Of a stretch of 64,000 bases of DNA, positions 52,141 through 60,357 are shown piece by piece. A program made the position numbers and the translations under genes. Within the stretch, counting starts at the first letter, position 1; the number at the start of each line of letters is the position of its first letter. Source of the stretch: Myxococcota bacterium (GTDB lineage Bacteria; Myxococcota; JACRCW01); NCBI GenBank assembly GCA_040752415.1, contig JBFMGU010000009.1, positions 18,275-82,274 on the forward strand, written 5' to 3'. The notes beneath the pieces are model-generated. The model saw only the letters and a program-made list of their open reading frames with translations, had not been told where the DNA came from and searched no databases.

Positions 52141-52674
52141 TCAGCCCGGCGGCCCGGCCTGGAGCGCGCGTACCACGTCCGCCACCGGCGCGTGCTCCTC
52201 GGGACTGCGGGCCATGAAGCGGTAGCCCACCTTGCCGCCCGGCCACACCACGAAGGTCCCGCCCTGCTGCCAGTTGTCGCCCTGGGTCAGCCCCTGCATG
52301 TGACCATGCTTCAAAGCCCGCAGCGCGCCCACCGCCGCCCCCAGGTTGAGCGTGTTCATCACGCCGCGTCGCAGGCCCGCCGCGCGGTAGATGTCCAGCT
52401 CCGGGTTCACCAGCAGCGTGGCGTCGAGCGGATGGTCCTCCTGGAACGCACGCGCCATGGCTGGTGAGCCGTTTCCCACCACGACCAGCTCCGCGCCCAG
52501 AGCACGGATGGTGGGGAGGTCGTGACCCAACTGGGCCACCTGCTCACGGCAGAGCAGTCAACCAAAGTGACGGATGAAGGTGAGGACCACCGGTCTGTCC
52601 CGCCACGTGTCGGACAACGTGCGCGGGTTACCCTCCAGATCCAGTGCTCGCATCCCGTCGAGGAAGCCACCCAT
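52141..52674 (-). CDS. peroxiredoxin-like (AhpC/TSA-2, SelL/SelU-related) selenoprotein; Sec at TGA 52558-52560
   Basis: One frame reads ...RPVVLTFIRHFG*LLCREQVAQL...LVVVGNG...QGDNWQQGGTFVV; TGA is the first residue of the CxxC-equivalent; start 52674 or 52686. Confidence 0.85.
52522..52557 (-). promoter_or_regulatory. putative bacterial SECIS element
   Basis: Directly 3' of UGA: CUGCUC-ugccgu-GAGCAG then GUGGCCC-AGUU-GGGUCAC; second loop begins 26 nt after UGA with G at position 2. Confidence 0.65.
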
Positions 52675-52935
52675 GGGCGGGAGCATACGGGCGCGGGAAT
52701 CACGGCGTCCATGGTGGTGGCAACGGCACGCGCAACCGGGCAACAATGCCCCCCACGCGACGATACCGGCCAGCGCCCCGGTGGCGCGTGGCGGTGCGGT
52801 GCGGGATTGCCAGGAGGAGTCGTGAGCAGGCTCACACCACGAGGGGGATGACGGCGGGATCATCCGTGGGGCAGTCGCATTTCTCTACAGCCCCGCGACC
52901 GTCGTGCCGATGACGCGCAATGGGAGAGATCGGGC

Positions 52936-54288
52936 ATGCGTATCGACCAGGCCATCGAACGCGCATACCAGCGGTGGATATCCGAACAGGATCCGGTGCA
53001 GCTCGCCACGGCGCTGCGGCCTTCCATGTGGGCGCTCTACATGGGCGTGCTGGGCACGTCGTTGACGCTGCTGACGTCTTCCCACTGGACCTCGTCCTGG
53101 GTGGGCGTTCCCACGTCGGTGGCGCTGGCCACGCTGGTGCCTTCCAACGTGGTCCGCCTGGCCTTCGCGCTGACCGGCGACGGGCGTCGCATCCCCACCG
53201 AGCTGACCCACCTGCTGGTCCTGGCGGGAAGCGCGGCCCTGGCGTTCATCTGGGCGGCGCTGCTGGTGCTGACCCCGGGCCCGGTGGGCAGTGCCTTTGG
53301 CGGCCTCTACCTCTTCGCCTGCGCCGCCGAGGGCTACCGCTACCGTGCAAGCTTCTCACGCTTGTTCATGCCGTTGGCCACGTGCCTGGGCGGCGTGGCG
53401 GCCCTCCCGTTGACGTCGTCACCGGGCAACTCGGTGGCGTTGTTGGCGTTGCTGCCGGCGGGACTGTTCGCCAGTGCGTTCATGGGGCAGACCGCGCTGG
53501 GTCATGATGCCATGCGCCGGGAGAAGGAGGCGATTGCGGAGGCGCTCTCCAGCCAGATGCTCAGCGAGCAGGGACAGCGTGTGGCGGACCTGTCCCGTCG
53601 GATGGATGACATCTACGGCCGACAGCACGACGCCAAGAACCTGCTGGCGGCCATGCGCTTCAACACCACGGTGCTGATGGACCGCATCCAGGAGATTCCC
53701 CCGGACCTGGCGGAGGTGGTGCACGACGTGGCGGAGGCGGCCACGCGCATGGTGCCGCTGCTGGTGGTCCGGCCCGCGCTCGACCGCGAGGTCCCCAACC
53801 AGCCGGCCAACGTGGGCTCGGTGGTCTCCACGGTGCTGCGGGACGTGCGCGCGCGCTACCCGGATGTGCACCTGGAGCTGAGGGAGCAGCCGCGTGACCT
53901 GGAGGTTGCCGTGGTCCACGGCGCGGAGACGCTGGAGCGCGTGCTGCACAACCTGATCATCAACGCCTGTGAGGGCGGCACGCGCGGCCGCGCCAGCCAC
54001 GTGTGGCTCAACGTGCGACGCGAGGAGGACGGCGCCACGCTGGAGGTTGCCGACGACGGACCGGGCTTTGCCCCCGAGCAGCTGGAGGGCCCCATCACAC
54101 CGTACGCCACCACCAAGGAGCGCGGCACCGGCCTGGGGCTCTACACCGTGGAGCGCCTGGTCTGGGCCAGCGGCGGCAACCTCCGACGCAGCAACCGCGA
54201 CGAGGGCGGCGCCCTGGTGCGCGTCCACCTGCGCTACGCCGTGCCGGGCCTCTCCCACGTGGAGCTGGCCGCCGTGCGCGGCTCGTGA
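52936..54288 (+). CDS. membrane sensor histidine kinase (orphan)
   Basis: ~6 TM; HDAKNLL (H box), NLIINA, VADDGPG, TTKERGTGLGL, GGALV. Confidence 0.9.
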   Translation: MRIDQAIERAYQRWISEQDPVQLATALRPSMWALYMGVLGTSLTLLTSSHWTSSWVGVPTSVALATLVPSNVVRLAFALTGDGRRIPTELTHLLVLAGSAALAFIWAALLVLTPGPVGSAFGGLYLFACAAEGYRYRASFSRLFMPLATCLGGVAALPLTSSPGNSVALLALLPAGLFASAFMGQTALGHDAMRREKEAIAEALSSQMLSEQGQRVADLSRRMDDIYGRQHDAKNLLAAMRFNTTVLMDRIQEIPPDLAEVVHDVAEAATRMVPLLVVRPALDREVPNQPANVGSVVSTVLRDVRARYPDVHLELREQPRDLEVAVVHGAETLERVLHNLIINACEGGTRGRASHVWLNVRREEDGATLEVADDGPGFAPEQLEGPITPYATTKERGTGLGLYTVERLVWASGGNLRRSNRDEGGALVRVHLRYAVPGLSHVELAAVRGS

Positions 54289-54289
54289 G

Positions 54290-57200
54290 TCAGCGCACCG
54301 GGGGCCGCGACACGTCCGAGTAGGCAAAACCCATGCGGTGCGCGGCGGGGAACTCCTGCGGGCGGTAGACGCGCAACGCCTCCTGCGCGCGCCAGGTCCA
54401 GTCCGTGTAGATGCCCAGCTCGAACGCCTTGGCAATGGCCGTCTCCAGCGCCGCCACCGCCTTCTCGTCGACGGCAAAGGTCTGCGCCTCCAGCTCCGCG
54501 CGGTACAGCTCGCGCTGCTCCGGCGTCAGGCCGCGCGGGTCGGGAGAATCCTTGATGGCCAGCGAGAAGTCCTGGTGGATGGCGCCCACGCGGTAGAGCG
54601 CGGCCACCGCCCACGTGCCGTCGCCGTAGGCCACCACCGCTTCGTACTCGCGCTGCAGCGCACGCAACGCGTTGGCCTTCCGTTGCAGCTGGCTCGCCAG
54701 GCGCGCGTTGTCGCCTTCCAGGCGGATGGTCACGTACTCCTGGTAGCGGCGCTCGGTGAGCTCGAAGTGGCAGTGCGCGGAGGCGCGTCGGACGGAGGGC
54801 TCCGCGCGCAGCGCCTTGGACATGCGGGAGGCGCGCGCGAGCACCTGCTCACACTGGCGGAGTCCCTCCGCACGGGTGCGCTCCTCATGCATCAGCGCCA
54901 CGGCGTGGAGGTGACGGCTCTCCAGCACGCGCTCCGCCGGGGCGTGCGGGAAGCGCGACTCAAACTCATGGTACAGGCGGGCCGCGCGGGCGAACTCCCC
55001 GTCCTCGTCCAGGATGCGGGCCATGCGCCAGTACGCGTCGGCGGCGTCGGCGCGGTCACCGTGGAGGCGCAGGTAGCGCTCCAGCAGGGTGGCGGCGGCC
55101 TGACGTTGCCCCATGCCCTGGCGCAACACCGCGGCGTTGAAGAGCGCGTCGGGCGACTGCACCGCGTTGGGGTACCGGGTGGCGAACTGCTCGTAGTGCT
55201 GCGCGGCGCGCTCCAGGTCGGCCATCCGCTCGTACATGGTGGCCACACGCCAGGCCACGCGCGCCGTCCACTCTGTGTTGGCGTGCTGCTTCAGGAACAG
55301 CTCGCCGTGGCGGCTGGACTCATCCAGCATGTTCTCGTCGTCAAACAACATGACCGCGTTGAACAGCGCGCGGTCCGCGTACTTCCCGCCCGGGAACTCC
55401 CGGTGGTGCGCCACAAAGCGCGCCGCCGCATCCCGCCGCAGGCTCGAGGCGGCCGCGCCATCACCTTGCGCCTCCAGCGTGGTGGAACGTTCGTGCAGCG
55501 CCAGCGCCTCGTTGAACGAGGAACCCTCGACGTAACCCGCCAGGGTCGCGGCGAAGGCTGGGTCCCGTGTCAGCGCGCGGTTCTGCTGGAGCTTGCGCGC
55601 GGTGCGCCCCAGCTCGGGCCACATCCTGCGGAAGGCCAGCCCGTCCAGCATGGCGTCGGCGGCGCGACGCGCCTGCGGGTGATCCGGCCAGCGGTCGACC
55701 AGCTGCTCGAAACGGTGCGCGCTCTCCGCGTACTGGTGACGACGGTGGTAGAGCGCGGCGGCCTTGTACTTCACCAGCACCACGTCGTCGCGCTCCTCGC
55801 GGGTCATGCGCGCATCCAGCGGGATCATGCCCACGTAGCGGTCGCAGGCACCGGCCAGCAGGCGCTCGGCCGCGGTCAGTTCCTCGCTGCGGTTGGGCGC
55901 GCCGGGATCCACGGGAGCCACGCGGGTAGGCACCCGGCCGGACTCCGCGTCGACCACACGCTCGTGCGCCAGGATGGCGTGGTAGGCCGCGGGACGACGC
56001 AGGTCGTTGGAAAGGGCCGCACCGTCGTCGCGGAGGGCCAGCTCGTAGTGGGCGGCGGACTCGGCGTAGCGCTTGACGTCGTAGAGCAGCTCGGCGCGGA
56101 AGAAGTGCATGCGCGCGGCCTGCGGCTCGTCGGGGAAGGTGTCGTGCCACGCGGCGTACAGCGCCAACGCCAGCTGCGCGTCCTCGTCCTTCTTCACCTT
56201 CGTCCAGGCCTGGTGCGTCTCGGTGGTGGCCTCCCGCAGGCGGTCCTCCAGCACGGTGAGCCCGCGCTCCGTCTTGTCGTGGTTGCGCTTCCGCCACGTC
56301 GTCCCCGCGGCGTAGAGACGGGGCAGCTCCGTCGCCAGTGCGCGCAGCTCGTCGCGGCGGCCCTCCTTGTGCAGCGTGGTCAGGATTCCCGCGTGGTACT
56401 CCGGCGCCCGCGCATCCAGCGGACGCTGCTTGAGCAGCAGGGTCCACGTCTCGCGCGCCAACGGGTACTGCCCCTGCTCCAGGTACAGCCCAGCCATGCG
56501 CACCATCAGCTCGCGCGCACGCTCCTCGCCCGCCCTCGACGAGAACGTGGTCCACGCGCGGTCCACGGCCTGCACGTGCGTGAACGTCAGCGCCAGGTCC
56601 TGGAGCGCTTCCTGGGACAGGCGCACGCGCGCACCGTCGGCGCCCTTGCCGTGGTCGACGAGCGTCACCAACTTCTCGATCGCGGACTCGTATTCCTGCA
56701 GGTTGTAGTCGCACCACGCCAGCTTGTAGAGCGCGTATTCCGAGACGCCCGGCTTGTGGCGCTGGTGGGCGCGTTGGAATGCGGCGCGCGCCTTCAGGAC
56801 GTCATTCGCGTTGAAGTAGTGCTCCCCCAGCGCCAGGTACGCATCCGCGGTCCAGCCGCTCTCGGGATGCTGCTTCACCAGCTCCAGGTAGCGACGCATG
56901 GCCGCGTCCTTCTGCCCCACCTCCTCCAACGTCGTCGCGGTCAGGTACAGGACCTCATCCCGACGCGCGTAGTCCGGGTGCTTGTCCAGCAGCGTCTGGT
57001 AACCGTGCAGGGCCTGGCGCAGGAGCGCCTCGGATTCCCGCTTGTGCAGCCGGGGCTCCGGCCCCCGACGTCCCGACCGCACCCACGCCTCCATGCGCGC
57101 GTCGTAGTCCGCGAACTCACGGGCTGCCTGCACCCGGCTCTTCTGCCAGTAGAGGTCGGAGAGGCGGAAGGTCAGCTCCGCGCGCGTGGTCGCGTCCACG

Positions 57201-57382
57201 TTCCCGGCCAGCACCGCCAGGATGCTGCGGATCTGTTCGTCACGTCGGGCTTCCGCCTCGGTGGTGACGTCCAGCGGGGCGCGGGAGGCGCGGGGAATGG
57301 GTCGGGGCGCGGCCAGGGGAGCGGCCTGCGCAACCATGCTGGTGGCGGTGACGACGGAGATGAGGAGGAACCGTTGGAACAT
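54290..57382 (-). CDS. large exported TPR protein, GltD/AgmU-like
   Basis: Signal MFQRFLL...AQA; LSDLYWQKSR, YARRDEVLY, YALYKLAWCDYNL, C-terminal ELYRAELE...AFELGIYTDW; AGGAG RBS. Confidence 0.8.
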   Translation of the reverse strand: MFQRFLLISVVTATSMVAQAAPLAAPRPIPRASRAPLDVTTEAEARRDEQIRSILAVLAGNVDATTRAELTFRLSDLYWQKSRVQAAREFADYDARMEAWVRSGRRGPEPRLHKRESEALLRQALHGYQTLLDKHPDYARRDEVLYLTATTLEEVGQKDAAMRRYLELVKQHPESGWTADAYLALGEHYFNANDVLKARAAFQRAHQRHKPGVSEYALYKLAWCDYNLQEYESAIEKLVTLVDHGKGADGARVRLSQEALQDLALTFTHVQAVDRAWTTFSSRAGEERARELMVRMAGLYLEQGQYPLARETWTLLLKQRPLDARAPEYHAGILTTLHKEGRRDELRALATELPRLYAAGTTWRKRNHDKTERGLTVLEDRLREATTETHQAWTKVKKDEDAQLALALYAAWHDTFPDEPQAARMHFFRAELLYDVKRYAESAAHYELALRDDGAALSNDLRRPAAYHAILAHERVVDAESGRVPTRVAPVDPGAPNRSEELTAAERLLAGACDRYVGMIPLDARMTREERDDVVLVKYKAAALYHRRHQYAESAHRFEQLVDRWPDHPQARRAADAMLDGLAFRRMWPELGRTARKLQQNRALTRDPAFAATLAGYVEGSSFNEALALHERSTTLEAQGDGAAASSLRRDAAARFVAHHREFPGGKYADRALFNAVMLFDDENMLDESSRHGELFLKQHANTEWTARVAWRVATMYERMADLERAAQHYEQFATRYPNAVQSPDALFNAAVLRQGMGQRQAAATLLERYLRLHGDRADAADAYWRMARILDEDGEFARAARLYHEFESRFPHAPAERVLESRHLHAVALMHEERTRAEGLRQCEQVLARASRMSKALRAEPSVRRASAHCHFELTERRYQEYVTIRLEGDNARLASQLQRKANALRALQREYEAVVAYGDGTWAVAALYRVGAIHQDFSLAIKDSPDPRGLTPEQRELYRAELEAQTFAVDEKAVAALETAIAKAFELGIYTDWTWRAQEALRVYRPQEFPAAHRMGFAYSDVSRPPVR

Positions 57383-57610
57383 GCGTGCTCCTGCGCGGAG
57401 AAGTGCCGCGGTGCCATGCGAAGAATTCGGTTTTGGATCCCAGGTCGCATCGGGCGGAGCGCCGTGGGAGCGGCGGCTACCAGCGACAAGGTGCGGAGCC
57501 CCGCAGTTGGTCCGATGCGGACTGGCACGCTGCGTCTGTGGTGGCGCTTGCGGGTGGCCGTCGACGTCGATAGCTCCGTCATGGGCGCGGTTCGTCCATG
57601 GGAGGCCATC

Positions 57611-58174
57611 ATGGCGCGCGTGACGTTGGCGGCGGTGGTGCTCATGGCCGCGGTGGGTTGCAGCAGCACGCAGCTCGTCTCCTCGTGGAGCGACCCCACC
57701 GCGGAGGACCTCCGCTTCCAGAAGGTGCTGGTGGTTGCGCTGACCGGTGACGCAGCGACGCGCCGGATTGCGGAAGACCAGGCGGCCCAGAGTCTCCACG
57801 TGGGGCGCGCCATCCCCGCCTACCGCGTGGTCTCCGACGAGGAACTGCGGGACCTGGATGCGTTGCGACGACGCGTGGCGCAGGAGGGGTTTGACGCGGT
57901 GATGCTGATGCGCGTGGTGGGCGTGGACTACGTGCCGCAGTACTCCCCGGCCACGCCCGGCTTCGTTGACTACTTCGGCTACGTGTACCCGATGAGCCCG
58001 GTGGACACCGAGATGCACGTGCGCATCGAAACCACCGTGTTCTCGCTCCCCGACGACAAGCTCATCTGGGCCGGCCTGACCCACAGCGTGGACCCGAGCT
58101 CGGTGGAGAACATGGCGCACCGGATCGCGGAGGTGGTGCGCCGGGACATGCGTCGTCGGGGGCTGCTGGACTGA
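57611..58174 (+). CDS. hypothetical lipoprotein
   Basis: GGAGG RBS; lipobox AVGC; SSWSDP...FQKVLVVAL...RRIAED...ETTVF...KLIWAG. Confidence 0.75.
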   Translation: MARVTLAAVVLMAAVGCSSTQLVSSWSDPTAEDLRFQKVLVVALTGDAATRRIAEDQAAQSLHVGRAIPAYRVVSDEELRDLDALRRRVAQEGFDAVMLMRVVGVDYVPQYSPATPGFVDYFGYVYPMSPVDTEMHVRIETTVFSLPDDKLIWAGLTHSVDPSSVENMAHRIAEVVRRDMRRRGLLD

Positions 58175-58195
58175 AGGGGTGCCGGAAACCGCAGG

Positions 58196-58305
58196 GAAAG
58201 GAAGTCAGGAGTCAGAAGTCAGAAGTCAGGAATGCGGAAGTCAGCAGATGTTCACCGCCGACGTCACAAGACCACCTTCTGACTTCTGACTCCTGACTTC
58301 CTTTT
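58196..58305. repeat. heptamer palindromic intergenic element, copy 2 (inverted relative to copy 1)
   Basis: GAAAGGAAGTCAGGAGTCAGAAGTCAGAAGTCAGGAATGCGG...CACCTTCTGACTTCTGACTCCTGACTTCCTTTT between convergent genes. Confidence 0.85.
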
Positions 58306-58330
58306 GGGACCGCCCCGACCCCCTGAGCTC

Positions 58331-60142
58331 TCACGGCGGACACCGCACCCACCCGAACTCCGTGTACGGCTGCTTGTCAACATAGACCTGCAGGTCGTCG
58401 GGCGGATCGAACACCGCCGCCACCGCCACCCCGGAAGCACCCGCGTAGGACCACGCCAGGGGGTCCCACGGCCCGCCCACCCGGCTGTTGACGACGGCGT
58501 ACAGGTCCATGGCGTCCCAGCGCAGGGGCGAGAGCCGGTTGGTGCGCGAGTACACATCCACGCGCGCCCCCGGCGTCAATCCCGTCACGCGCACGAATCC
58601 GGCGTGCATTCCCTTCGGGCACACCGCGCGCAGCCCGTCGGCGTCCTGCATGGGCTCATCCAGCGCCACCACGAACTGTCGGCCCGGCACCAGCGCCAGG
58701 TAGCGGTAGTCCACCTGCGCAATCACCTCCGCCACCGAGCTGCGCTGACCGGTCACCGGGCCCACGCCGGTGTACGTGGCGTCATACGCGTAGAACCATC
58801 CGTCGACGAGCCAGTGCGGGTGGTAGAAGGTCTGGCTGTCCATCAACACGCGCGCCAGCTCCCCGCGCCGCTTCGCGTGGACCAGGTCCAGCAGCGCCGG
58901 GTTGTCCGCTTTCTCGTTGTAGAGGACGGTGCGCGCGGGCGGGAACGCGCTGAACGGACGCTGTCGGTCCGGCGTGATGACCCGGACGCGCGCGTCCCCG
59001 TGGGGCTGCACCGCTCCCTGCAGCGCGGCCATGGGCAGCGGACGGAGCAACCGTTCCGCCAGCACGTGCGTCGAGGACACGCTGAACTGCAGCACCACCA
59101 GCGCCCAGAGCAGCCCCTGCCATCTCGGCCGCAAGCGCGACGCGGCGAGCACCGCCAACGCCAGCATCAGCACCGTGCCCGGGAACACCACGCGCGTGCA
59201 CAGCCCCCAGTGGAACATCTTGGCCGCGGCCAGGAACCCCACCGCCAGGAGCGCCAGCACCGCCACCCGTCGACGGAGCGGCACGGGAATCCGCAGACAC
59301 AGCAGCGTCACCCCCAGGCCAGGCACCACGCCCCACTGCGCCCCCACCATCTGCACCGCGCGCACCACCAGCTCCGGGCCCAGCGCATACGGACCCGCGC
59401 CGTCGCGCAGCACCAGCCGCCGCACTCCCGCGACGATGCCGATGCCCGGGAACTGGACGGTGACGAAGTGCGCCTGCACCATCAGCGAGGCCACCGTGGC
59501 CAGCACACAGCACAAGGACAACGCCACCATGCGCCGCAGCACGTCGTGACGGAGCGGACCGGCCACCAGCAGCCACACCGCCGGAACCGCCAGGGACCAC
59601 ATGCCAATCAGCAGGTGCCCCGACACCGCCAGGAACCACGCCAATCCCACGCCCACCAACGCGCGCGGCGTGGAGGGGGCACCCTGCAGGTACCCCGTAC
59701 TGGCGACGAGCGTGACGAGGAAGAAGCACATCACCAACGAGACGCTGTATCCGCTCAGGTCGCTCAGCGCGTTGAACGGCATGAGCACCAGGAGCAGCGT
59801 CCCCGCAAGCGCGTGCGTCGGCGTCACCAGGCGCAGGAGGAAGCGGTGGAACGCCAGCGTGGCGCCCAACCCGTACAACACGCTGACGACGGAGAGCGCC
59901 GCGGCGGGCGGGAGCAGTCCCAGCAGCAGTCGCGCCGGGGCCAGGAGGAGCGCCTGGTGCGGCAGGTGCCCGTTGGCCAAGACGCTCCACCAACCCCCGT
60001 CAATGCCGGCGCTGCGGTCGGCGTACTCCAGTGAGTCGTAGTACTCCGGCACGTCCTGCACGAACGGCAGCCGCAGCGCGGTGTGGACGCAGGCCAGGAG
60101 CAGCGCGTGCATTCGCGTGGTGCCAGGAGCCTGCGGGTCCAT
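58331..60142 (-). CDS. polytopic membrane protein, probable GT-C glycosyltransferase with C-terminal soluble domain
   Basis: PEYYDSLEY loop after TM1, HLPH, ~11 hydrophobic segments, soluble C-terminal ~230 aa. Confidence 0.6.
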   Translation of the reverse strand: MDPQAPGTTRMHALLLACVHTALRLPFVQDVPEYYDSLEYADRSAGIDGGWWSVLANGHLPHQALLLAPARLLLGLLPPAAALSVVSVLYGLGATLAFHRFLLRLVTPTHALAGTLLLVLMPFNALSDLSGYSVSLVMCFFLVTLVASTGYLQGAPSTPRALVGVGLAWFLAVSGHLLIGMWSLAVPAVWLLVAGPLRHDVLRRMVALSLCCVLATVASLMVQAHFVTVQFPGIGIVAGVRRLVLRDGAGPYALGPELVVRAVQMVGAQWGVVPGLGVTLLCLRIPVPLRRRVAVLALLAVGFLAAAKMFHWGLCTRVVFPGTVLMLALAVLAASRLRPRWQGLLWALVVLQFSVSSTHVLAERLLRPLPMAALQGAVQPHGDARVRVITPDRQRPFSAFPPARTVLYNEKADNPALLDLVHAKRRGELARVLMDSQTFYHPHWLVDGWFYAYDATYTGVGPVTGQRSSVAEVIAQVDYRYLALVPGRQFVVALDEPMQDADGLRAVCPKGMHAGFVRVTGLTPGARVDVYSRTNRLSPLRWDAMDLYAVVNSRVGGPWDPLAWSYAGASGVAVAAVFDPPDDLQVYVDKQPYTEFGWVRCPP

Positions 60143-60357
60143 GCGGCCCCCTTACGCGCCGGCGGGGCGGACGCGCAAAGGATTCACCACCCGCGTGACC
60201 GCGCTCACCACATCCCATCTTGCGGACGTTCATCCGCTCCACGCGTCCCACCGTGGAAACAACTGGTCCCGACGGGGAGCGCTTGGCATCGTCCCGCGCC
60301 GCATTGCGGCACGCATGACGCGATCCACCCGGACGCGCCGGCCGCAGGGAGGCGAAT

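Noticed and set aside
52141..52674. Nonsense pseudogene interpretation of the redoxin
   Set aside because: The only stop is TGA exactly at the redox Cys position with a SECIS-like hairpin and intact flanks; Sec is more parsimonious, though unproven
53969..57610. 1401-aa plus-strand ORF 53969..58174
   Set aside because: Antisense shadow of the TPR gene; only the last 187 codons (from 57611, with RBS and lipobox) look real
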